Virus record (IMG/VR): IMGVR_UViG_3300013004_000043
Location: 1 to 64,000 of that record
Source: an uncultured virus (IMG/VR IMGVR_UViG_3300013004_000043)
Lineage: Duplodnaviria > Heunggongvirae > Uroviricota > Caudoviricetes
Reading direction: 5' to 3' (one strand)
DNA length: 64,000 nucleotides
Position numbers and translations under genes: made by a program. Within the stretch, counting starts at the first letter, position 1. Every line of letters begins with the position of its first letter. Shown here one piece after another: positions 8,456-16,218 of this stretch. The notes under the pieces were generated by a model. It was not told the DNA's origin. It made no database searches and worked only from the letters and a program-made list of their open reading frames with translations.

Positions 8456-9009
8456 TAACTGGCAGATTCTTCGGTTCCAAAGTCTTCGGCAGTAACCTCT
8501 AAACCAAGCATTCCTGGTTTAGGCGGAGCAATCGTATCTTTAAGTTCTGTGCTAAAGACACTAGCTTCCGACCGGTTGTCAGCATTATCAATGTCTACAA
8601 GCGACAAAGTAACGCTAGCTCCGTCCGGTCCGCTGAGTGCTGGAACCTCAGACGAGTCGGCGTCAAGCTCGAGCACTTGAATACTACCGTTGATCTCGAC
8701 AGTCAGTTCTCTGGCTACAACGTCAGGAGCAGATTTTGGTGGAAGATAGACGACGAACAAAAGCGAATCAGACATACGGTTTTCTCCTATGATTTGAACC
8801 GTTATTTTACCTGGACCAAGCCTAAACAACAATTTCTTTTGGGTCGCTTCAATCTCATTCAAACGCTTGATTAGATTTCGGTAAAGCAAAAAACGAGTGT
8901 CAGCGGCGACCGTTTGGCTTGAATTAATCAGAAAACAAAATTGCCTGATTTTTTCAAGTTGTTTTCGATTGTAATCAAAAGGCCACATAATAAAGCCTAT
9001 ACGAAACAA
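8455..9009 (-). CDS. Hypothetical protein
   Basis: ORF coupled to the downstream gene; start uncertain (MWPFDY or MSDSLL). Confidence 0.55.
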   Translation of the reverse strand: MFRIGFIMWPFDYNRKQLEKIRQFCFLINSSQTVAADTRFLLYRNLIKRLNEIEATQKKLLFRLGPGKITVQIIGENRMSDSLLFVVYLPPKSAPDVVARELTVEINGSIQVLELDADSSEVPALSGPDGASVTLSLVDIDNADNRSEASVFSTELKDTIAPPKPGMLGLEVTAEDFGTEESAS

Positions 9010-9117
9010 TCCCGTCTAAGCACAAGACCTAGACGGGATTGTCCGAGATACGGATCACCCCCTTAAAGGTAAATGTACATAGACTGTTTCTACTCCTAGA
9101 AAAGTCAAACGTGCAAC

Positions 9118-9426
9118 AAAAGCAACGCTTCGGCTAATTATAGCTCCGGAAGCGTTGGACTCGATAGATTAAAAGTGAGCTGGTTAGTTACGCCTGGGCT
9201 AAACCCTCGATCGAAACTTGTTGACCACATCAACAGAGGTTTCAGGCTCACCGGGAAGGATGCTGACGCAGACAGTTTAACCCGGAGCAGAACACACTGC
9301 TAATAACTAACCGAAGCACGCATGCGAAGGATTTTACTGCGTCGTGCTTACGTCTCCGTTAGAAGACGCAAGATTGCAAGGCAAAATTGATTAACCTTCG
9401 ACCTTGCAACCACACTCTCACTGTGG
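9118..9426 (-). ncRNA. Candidate large structured ncRNA ending in an intrinsic terminator
   Basis: At least eight inverted-repeat stems in an ORF-free gap, including a multibranch closed by 9182-9190/9304-9312; strand inferred from terminator orientation. Confidence 0.5.
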
Positions 9427-9427
9427 C

Positions 9428-10156
9428 TTATACTCCTTGTGCTGGCGGAGGCATCATAGGTGGATGCCAATTTTTAGGTGGCTGTGTCGGAGCAACGGGC
9501 GGTTTTGCAGCCGTAGGTGCTCTACCGGTAAACTGACTCAATGCATCCGGGTTCTGCATTAGGTAGTAAATAAGCGGCAAACCGATTGCACCGCCAAATG
9601 CACCGCCGCCACCGCCTAGCATACCCCCACCAGCCGCACCTAACCCCATAGAAGCTATAAGCGGTATCAACCAACTTTTGTTCTGCTCAAACATTCCTGG
9701 CAGGTCGAAACCACCGCCACCACTGTTCATCTTTTCACCTAGCTGCAATAATGGAGCTAGTTTAGGATGCTCAACCATTTTGTTAATCATGTCATCAGTA
9801 GTCGGCATTCCGGCTCGCATAAGTTGACCACCTAAGCCCATACCGACAGCTGTTGAACCTATTGTGTTTGCCGCTCCGCCTACCCAGCTAGGAAGCCACT
9901 TCTTGGCTGCGGCTGGGTCTAAACTCGGTGCAGCTTTAGGTGCTGCGTTTTGAATACCGGTGGAAACAGACTTAACCGCAGGTGCTGCTTTTTGCGATGC
10001 TCCAAATAAGCCAGGTGCATACTTCTGACCTAAATTCTTACCTGCGTTTAGTAAATTTGGAGCGGCTGACCTACCTGCCGATATCATACCTCCCAACGGC
10101 GGATAACCTGAACATAGGCTTATTCGAGGGCTGGTAATCGGGTTTAATCGGTGCAA
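9428..10156 (-). CDS. Gly/Pro-rich protein with glycine-zipper hydrophobic segments (possibly the frameshifted C-terminus of the upstream Nudix fusion)
   Basis: MGLGAAGGGMLGGGGGAFGGAIGLPL segment; overlaps the upstream ORF by 86 nt. Confidence 0.6.
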   Translation of the reverse strand: MHRLNPITSPRISLCSGYPPLGGMISAGRSAAPNLLNAGKNLGQKYAPGLFGASQKAAPAVKSVSTGIQNAAPKAAPSLDPAAAKKWLPSWVGGAANTIGSTAVGMGLGGQLMRAGMPTTDDMINKMVEHPKLAPLLQLGEKMNSGGGGFDLPGMFEQNKSWLIPLIASMGLGAAGGGMLGGGGGAFGGAIGLPLIYYLMQNPDALSQFTGRAPTAAKPPVAPTQPPKNWHPPMMPPPAQGV

Positions 10157-11054
10157 GATCGTTCGCCTTGTCTAACGCAGCAGGCGAACTAAGCGAAGGA
10201 GTACCGAAACCACTTAACTTATCGAACCCAACCTTTAGCTCACTTGCAATCTTCTTACCAAACTTACGCTCTGCCAAATCAATTGCTTGCTTGATTTGTG
10301 TTGCGCTTTGACCTGCTGCAACCATACGACCAAAGAAGCTAGCTTGAAAGTTGTTAAGCCCAGCTCGCTTAAAGCGATCTAGGCTTTCAAACGCTTTTTC
10401 ACCGTTAGCTGTATCTTCAGGATTTATCTTGTACTTGTGTTTACCTTCACCCGTTGCAGACAGGCACATCGACCCGACTTTAGCTAAAGTTTCTTGAATT
10501 CCAGACGTGTCAGCTTTCGTAACGGCGGGAGCTTTCACGCTGGCAAGTGGATTTGGTTTACCGGCTAGTCTAGGTTGGTATGAGCCTGAAAAACGTGGTG
10601 CTAGCGGTAGACCCATTCCAGGTTGCATTGCAGGTAGCATGTTTGCCTCTTTTGTTTGTTTGTTAGCTTTGAGTAACTCTGAAATGTCTGCTTTCAAGGT
10701 ATCGTGACAATCTTCCAACGCATTCATTTGAGCTAGCGTTAACCATTTGTGTTCGTCGTGCTCACTTGGTTCTGTTTTAACATCTGGCTTTGTGCCGCTA
10801 GCCCTAGCCAGAAACAACCGAATACGTTTTCCGTCGCCTGAGCGTTTATTTGTCGTGCCGCCTAGTAATTGTACTGAAAGACCTGTCTCTTCCGCTACCT
10901 CACGCAAGGCTGCGGCACTAGGACTTTCGCCGGAATCACGATGACCTAGCGGCGGTTCCCATTGACCAGCCCTTGTGTTACGCTTGCTTCGACGGATGAC
11001 AAGAAAATTATCAGCTTCGTCAAGCACTACGGTTAGGCAAACATCAGGCTGCAT
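10071..11054 (-). CDS. Nudix hydrolase fused to K-x-A-motif low-complexity domains
   Basis: Nudix box GHRDSGESPSAAALREVAEETGL; start moved to 11054 because 11108 lies inside tRNA-Thr. Confidence 0.8.
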   Translation of the reverse strand: MQPDVCLTVVLDEADNFLVIRRSKRNTRAGQWEPPLGHRDSGESPSAAALREVAEETGLSVQLLGGTTNKRSGDGKRIRLFLARASGTKPDVKTEPSEHDEHKWLTLAQMNALEDCHDTLKADISELLKANKQTKEANMLPAMQPGMGLPLAPRFSGSYQPRLAGKPNPLASVKAPAVTKADTSGIQETLAKVGSMCLSATGEGKHKYKINPEDTANGEKAFESLDRFKRAGLNNFQASFFGRMVAAGQSATQIKQAIDLAERKFGKKIASELKVGFDKLSGFGTPSLSSPAALDKANDLAPIKPDYQPSNKPMFRLSAVGRYDIGR

Positions 11055-11081
11055 TTTGCTAAATCTGCTTTTAGGGATTAA

Positions 11082-11154
11082 AGGCCTCGACAGGTTTCGA
11101 ACCTGCAACCTGCTGATTACAAATCAGCTGCTCTACCAGTTGAGCTACAAGGCC
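11082..11154 (-). tRNA. tRNA-Thr(UGU)
   Basis: GGCCTTG TA GCTC AACTGGTA GAGC A GCTGA TTTGTAA TCAGC AGGTT GCAGG TTCGAAA CCTGT CGAGGCC T; canonical cloverleaf, no encoded CCA. Confidence 0.95.
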
Positions 11155-11160
11155 TTGCAA

Positions 11161-11808
11161 CTACTCGTTCCAAAGGCTATCTGAAATGCTCTGCAACTTT
11201 CTAGCAAAAAAGTAGTAAACGGCTTCAAAAAATTCTCGCATGAAGTCGTTCAAAAGAAAAACGATTATCGAAAACGGCCAAAACAAAAACCAGCCTATAA
11301 AGCGGTCTTTGTAATTAGCGATACTTGGCTGCGTGACTACCGAAAACTGCTTAATGAAAGCTTCAGCTATTTTCTTAATTTCTAAATCTTGACTTTTTGA
11401 AGCCGTTACAGGATCTCTAAGAACAGAGTTCCTAACATAAGTTTTCCAATCGGCAACCTTTAGTAGCTCAACGTCGCGTAAACCTGGCAGTTTGTTTTCC
11501 GCAATCGCCTGAATAAAACTATCGAAGTTAGCGTTACGTTCCTTGACTTTTGCCTTAACAAGCTTTCGCCACTTAAAAAAAGCCCATACGATGCCAAGAA
11601 GCAAGTAGACGCCTGCGGTCAGCCCTATCAGCCCGATGTTGTCTCTAGCGTAGGAAAATACATCGTACTTGAACCCAAACTGCGTTACACCGAAAAACAG
11701 TGCAAAGCAAATAAGCAACCAGAGCAGGTTGTCATATGCGGCATTAAACAAAAGCAATCCGAAACAAAGACCGCAAAAAATCAAAAACAAAAAATTAAAA
11801 CCATCCAT
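11161..11808 (-). CDS. Membrane protein
   Basis: About four hydrophobic helices; C-terminal WFLFWPFS motif typical of phage membrane hypotheticals. Confidence 0.7.
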   Translation of the reverse strand: MDGFNFLFLIFCGLCFGLLLFNAAYDNLLWLLICFALFFGVTQFGFKYDVFSYARDNIGLIGLTAGVYLLLGIVWAFFKWRKLVKAKVKERNANFDSFIQAIAENKLPGLRDVELLKVADWKTYVRNSVLRDPVTASKSQDLEIKKIAEAFIKQFSVVTQPSIANYKDRFIGWFLFWPFSIIVFLLNDFMREFFEAVYYFFARKLQSISDSLWNE

Positions 11809-11812
11809 CAGC

Positions 11813-12523
11813 CTAAACCCTTATAAAAGAGGCTAACACTCGTGCGGCAGCTTCTTTTGAAGCTGTTTCCCGCTTTTCCGTTTGACGCCGAAGCATCCAG
11901 TGATACTTCTCAAGTTTTTGCGTCATGTCCTGTAACATGTTACTGGTTACAGGGTCATCGTCTGTATCAGAGATAGCTTCTTTAAATTTGTCAACAAGCG
12001 TAGAAAGCCTAATGGTCATTTCTTCCAAAATACTATCAGCTTGCATGAATTTTGTAGGCAACGCCGTTAAAGCGGATCTTGCGGCTACTTCAGCCGGGGA
12101 GCTATCTGCCGGGCTATCAAGTGTAGCCATGCGTTCGGCGATATCGTCAGTAAGTTTGTCTAAGAGCTCGTAACCATCGCCAAGAAAATCATGCAGAAGC
12201 TTAAACATTGTGCCTTGAGCATTCCAGTGACACTTTTTAAGCATTGAAGAGGCATCAATGCAATTGTAAAGCAGATCCTGGAGAACTTCTGTACACGACA
12301 TTTTTTCGTCTCTTTTGGGTTGGTTACTTGAAAAACCGATACGGATAGTCATTTTCCGCAGGATTATTGTAGCAGCCTGTTTAGCCAAAGTCGCCATCGA
12401 ATTTACTCTTGAGTCGATGACAGACGGGTCGATGTGCAGACGAAAGTTTGTAGGTTGGTGTGTGACGCCCTTATATCGACCCTTCTGATCGTCAACAATC
12501 CAGTCCTGAGGAGCTTGTTGCAT
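11813..12523 (-). CDS. dps: Dps/ferritin-like DNA protection protein with N-terminal extension
   Basis: HWNAQG.MFKLLH.FL..Y..L....DDIAERM and LEKYHWML Dps motifs. Confidence 0.85.
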   Translation of the reverse strand: MQQAPQDWIVDDQKGRYKGVTHQPTNFRLHIDPSVIDSRVNSMATLAKQAATIILRKMTIRIGFSSNQPKRDEKMSCTEVLQDLLYNCIDASSMLKKCHWNAQGTMFKLLHDFLGDGYELLDKLTDDIAERMATLDSPADSSPAEVAARSALTALPTKFMQADSILEEMTIRLSTLVDKFKEAISDTDDDPVTSNMLQDMTQKLEKYHWMLRRQTEKRETASKEAAARVLASFIRV

Positions 12524-13263
12524 CAGATTGCGTACGATTCGCCTCTACCTTCGGATCGAGTCCAAGCTCCTTCGGCCTGCTTCAAACGGCCAACAGCAAG
12601 TAGCGATACAAGTTTATCCACTGCACCGGCTTTAACTGTAGCATTCCAAGCCTTGCTGTCTGGATAGTCTTTTTCACCCGGTTTGGCTGGCTTTTCACCT
12701 CTTTGCCTTTTGGCGTGGACATTATCCCAAAGGCCCCGTTTACCTGCCGCTTTGATAATAAGCTTGGCGGCGGCAATTTTTATAGCTAGCGGCGGGTTTG
12801 AATCAGAGTTACATTCACAAGGATCTGCACCGCGGTTGTCGCACTCTTGGGAGCTGCAGTTGTAATCTGCGGCTTTCTTTTCTTTTTTCTTAGCCTTAGA
12901 ACCTGTCGGCCTGCAGCTGTCTTCACTGTAAGGTGTTTTTCCCGGCACAGGTTCATAACCTTTCCAACAGCGAGATGCTGCGACCTTGTCTAAATGCCGA
13001 TTAAGTACTCTAGATAGAAGTACGCCTAAACCGGCACCTGCGCCGCCGATAGAACCACTTACTAGGTTTTGTTTTAGTCGCTGAAGCTTGCTCTCGGGGG
13101 ATTTATCCGTTTCAAATGCTTCGGAAATTGGATGGTGTGCTGCCCCTAATCCTGCTCCAAGTAAGGCACCGCCTCCAGCCATAGCCAAAGGTAGCCCGAC
13201 ATAGTTAAAAAGAGCATTGCTGTCAGATGCGGCTTGTTTAGCCAAGGTCCTTATGTCAAGCAT
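12523..13263 (-). CDS. Modular putative virion-internal protein
   Basis: Glycine zipper plus short phage modules (RCWKGYEPVPGK, GLWDNVHAKR, AWTRSEG) separated by K-x-A motifs; ATG start at 13263 preferred. Confidence 0.7.
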   Translation of the reverse strand: MLDIRTLAKQAASDSNALFNYVGLPLAMAGGGALLGAGLGAAHHPISEAFETDKSPESKLQRLKQNLVSGSIGGAGAGLGVLLSRVLNRHLDKVAASRCWKGYEPVPGKTPYSEDSCRPTGSKAKKKEKKAADYNCSSQECDNRGADPCECNSDSNPPLAIKIAAAKLIIKAAGKRGLWDNVHAKRQRGEKPAKPGEKDYPDSKAWNATVKAGAVDKLVSLLAVGRLKQAEGAWTRSEGRGESYAI

Positions 13264-13277
13264 AGTTAATTCCACAA

Positions 13278-13511
13278 TTAGGTATTTCTAGAAAGCTTAT
13301 CAATAAGAGTTTTTAGCCAAGCACCTGAAATAGCTCGACCAGGTTCAGTTCCAACAAGATAAGAACCATCGCCGCCTAAACCAGCCCCGCTCAAACCACC
13401 AGCCAAAGTGGTAGTTAGCTGCGTAGGACGGCCATTTTGAAAGAAATTATCTTTCAAATTAGCTTTTTTTACAGCCAGCTCAGCTAACGCAGCTACAGCA
13501 AGTTCACACAT
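13278..13511 (-). CDS. Short K-x-A/glycine-zipper ORF in frame with the upstream gene
   Basis: Same frame as 13530..14465, separated by one TAA. Confidence 0.5.
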   Translation of the reverse strand: MCELAVAALAELAVKKANLKDNFFQNGRPTQLTTTLAGGLSGAGLGGDGSYLVGTEPGRAISGAWLKTLIDKLSRNT

Positions 13512-13529
13512 CTTGTGCGTTGAACCCTG

Positions 13530-14465
13530 TTAATATTGTTGCACCGGAGAACTTAAGTGCCGCAGAGTTTGTGCAATACCTACACCGGTACCCACGCCAG
13601 CCCCTGTCAAAAGGCGTTCTCGCCATCGTCGCTTGCGAGCTTCTGGGTCGTTGTCACCTGAAAACAATTCCTGGATTGGGTGGGCTAAGGCCCCTACTCC
13701 GGTTCCCGTTAAAGCACCAGCACCCAGCAACGCAGCTGGAATACCGGCGTAATGCGTCAACTTATCGGACAAGGTAGGATCGGCTGCTTGTTTAATTCTG
13801 CTTTTAGCCGCAGCCGTAGCAAACGCTTTTATACTAGCCTCTTTCTCGTCTTCATCTTTGCGTCGGCGGCTGCCCAAATAAGCACCAACAGCTCCGCTTG
13901 TTAAACCAAGGCCAGCACCTAGCCCCATTGGACTGGTTGCAAACTGCCCTAGCTGCGATAGTAAACTTGGTTTAGCAGGCGGAAAACGGCCTAAACCGTC
14001 TAAACCCGGTCCGCCCTTAAATGGTTGGGTTTGCTGTGGTTCAGATTTCGCTGTGTCGACTGCTGCAGGCGTTGTTTTTTCTACGCTTGGTTTAGCTGCC
14101 GAAGGTAACTCGGCTAGTCTAGCCGTCTTTACTCTGGCCGCAGCTTTGGCCAAATCTCCCAATAGATAAAAAAAAGGCGTATCGACTTTTTGAGTCGACA
14201 TCGCCTGTTTGCCCCGCATGTCAGCCAGAGTAGTCTGGCGACGTGCAGGGCGTGGAATGTTAGCCGACGGAGCAGCTTCTGGTCTCACTGAAGTTGGCGG
14301 AGTAACTGGGATGTTTCCAGTCTGACCAGGCGTATTTGCCTTCTTTTCGGGTAGTTTCTTACCTTTTGAGGTTTGATTCCACTCGTTGACATCTACCCCT
14401 TTAGATTCTAGCTTTTTGTGATTTACGTTGAAAAATTTACGCTGTGCTTCCGACTTGTATGGCAT
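13530..14465 (-). CDS. Modular putative virion-internal protein
   Basis: MPYKSEAQRKFF N-terminal module, glycine zippers, K-x-A motifs; GGAGG RBS. Confidence 0.75.
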   Translation of the reverse strand: MPYKSEAQRKFFNVNHKKLESKGVDVNEWNQTSKGKKLPEKKANTPGQTGNIPVTPPTSVRPEAAPSANIPRPARRQTTLADMRGKQAMSTQKVDTPFFYLLGDLAKAAARVKTARLAELPSAAKPSVEKTTPAAVDTAKSEPQQTQPFKGGPGLDGLGRFPPAKPSLLSQLGQFATSPMGLGAGLGLTSGAVGAYLGSRRRKDEDEKEASIKAFATAAAKSRIKQAADPTLSDKLTHYAGIPAALLGAGALTGTGVGALAHPIQELFSGDNDPEARKRRWRERLLTGAGVGTGVGIAQTLRHLSSPVQQY

Positions 14466-14532
14466 AATAAGAGCCCTCCATGCCTCATATTATGCTAAAT
14501 TAGCTTAGATAACACAACGAGAGAAAGTCGAG

Positions 14533-15516
14533 CTAGCTTTTAGATACTGCTATGCGGCAATATCGCCAGCCGAAAAACTGAGCCGTCGAGGTTGGTCTTT
14601 GTTCAACGAACCGGTAATCGTTACCTTTATCTAGAATAGTAATCAATCTGGACCCGCTTCCTGACCAGGGTTCAACATTGTGGTCGCTAAACTCAGCTTC
14701 AATTGGGCCGTTCAAAAGATCTTCAGCGGTAGGTTCACGATACGCTGGCTCTGGTTTAGCGGCGTTATGGCAACCAGTTTCCTTGCGAAATTCGTCAAAC
14801 ATTCGCACATTGACAGAAAACCAGGTTTGCATAAGGTCGGCAGCTCTTTCGTCGGCCTCTTTACGCGGAGCTCCTGCATCTTGTGCCATTGTGCTAAGGT
14901 TGCAGAAGATCGACCAAGCGAAATTAGAATCAGCCCGAATCGTATTGTAGTAGTTGTGAACGACGCTGAATGCCGACTCGCTAAGATCTAAAGATGGGCT
15001 CCCCTCTGTTGGTTCAGGTGCAACAGCTTGTTGCTGTTCCTGTAAAAGCTTGTCAAGAGCAACTAGCGTAACCGGCCAATTATCCATCTCCAGGTCTACC
15101 TTTCGATATGAAAGTTTTACAACTTTTCCTTCGCAAATAGCTGCAAGCTTGCAACCGTTAAGCAAAGTATGTTCGACAACTTTTACCCCTTCGACATAAA
15201 CAGCTTCGCTGCTAAACGTGTCGTCACACACGACAACTTCATGAATTGCTGGCTGTGTTAAGTATGTGTTTTTAAATCTCTCGTTTTTAACAAACAGAGC
15301 CGCTTCAGCTGAAGTTGCAGGTCTAAATCTGTTATGGTTGTACTCAGAATCAAATCCTGCCAAAGTTATATCGCCGTCATTGTCTAAAACACGATAAGCT
15401 TTACCTTGTTCTAACGGGCCTACTTCAAGTTCGCAAACTACAATGTCATTAATTTTAGGTTTCCAGAATATATTTGGACAGTCGGCGTCGTCATGCTTTA
15501 AGTCTTTGCGACTCAT
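14533..15516 (-). CDS. Modular phage hypothetical protein
   Basis: Ends with the YREPTAEDLLNGPIE..WRYCRI module shared with 188 and 21916. Confidence 0.7.
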   Translation of the reverse strand: MSRKDLKHDDADCPNIFWKPKINDIVVCELEVGPLEQGKAYRVLDNDGDITLAGFDSEYNHNRFRPATSAEAALFVKNERFKNTYLTQPAIHEVVVCDDTFSSEAVYVEGVKVVEHTLLNGCKLAAICEGKVVKLSYRKVDLEMDNWPVTLVALDKLLQEQQQAVAPEPTEGSPSLDLSESAFSVVHNYYNTIRADSNFAWSIFCNLSTMAQDAGAPRKEADERAADLMQTWFSVNVRMFDEFRKETGCHNAAKPEPAYREPTAEDLLNGPIEAEFSDHNVEPWSGSGSRLITILDKGNDYRFVEQRPTSTAQFFGWRYCRIAVSKS

Positions 15517-15517
15517 A

Positions 15518-16114
15518 TTACTTCATCCTTTTCAAATAATCCGCGATCCGAAACAAAACTATCACGCATTCCAAAAATATCCGCACCACGACCGAGGCCA
15601 GCAGATACGCCACAGCGTAAGCCGCGACCGTACCAATCATCTGAGGGACCGAACCGCCCGAGCGAGTCCGCAGCCCCATACCAATTGCCATCAGAGCAAC
15701 GCCGACAGCACCGACCGTTAGCCACGTACCCCACAAAGCCGAAACCAAAGCAGGTGTCATAGCCGATCGGAAGCCTAGATCAAAGATCCCGATTGGCTCG
15801 TCTTTAGGTACGTTTGGCGGTGTGGCAGTTTGCGGCGGCTCTTTTGGCCACTCCACTGCCGGTAGAGGTTCGTTCGAGGACACCGAGTAACCTTCCAAAT
15901 AACCTTCCAAATAACTATCGCCGGATTCCTGGCTGTCCTCATCCGGCCACTTAAGCCCGTTGATGTTTCCTGCTATTGAGGTCCTACCGCTCGTCGTACT
16001 TTTTACTCTAGTGTCCCTGGTAATCAACCCGTTGTTTACCAACTGCTGTAGATAGTTACCGCCGACTAACTGTAACTGCCCAGTCTTATCCGTAAATTCC
16101 CAAGCCATATTCAA
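15518..16114 (-). CDS. GYF_2-like domain plus DUF4282-like membrane protein
   Basis: N-terminal W...GQ...LQQLVNNGLITRDT; C-terminal FDLGF..MTP.LV..RIFLECVIVLFRIA. Confidence 0.65.
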   Translation of the reverse strand: MNMAWEFTDKTGQLQLVGGNYLQQLVNNGLITRDTRVKSTTSGRTSIAGNINGLKWPDEDSQESGDSYLEGYLEGYSVSSNEPLPAVEWPKEPPQTATPPNVPKDEPIGIFDLGFRSAMTPALVSALWGTWLTVGAVGVALMAIGMGLRTRSGGSVPQMIGTVAAYAVAYLLASVVVRIFLECVIVLFRIADYLKRMK

Positions 16115-16218
16115 TTCTTTCTGGCCAATATTAGGCCGGTTTTGGTTCTAAAAAAGCTCTACGTCCGTACGTCGAACAGTAGAGCATATAATAAGCCTTA
16201 GTATTTGCCGAGTGTTGA

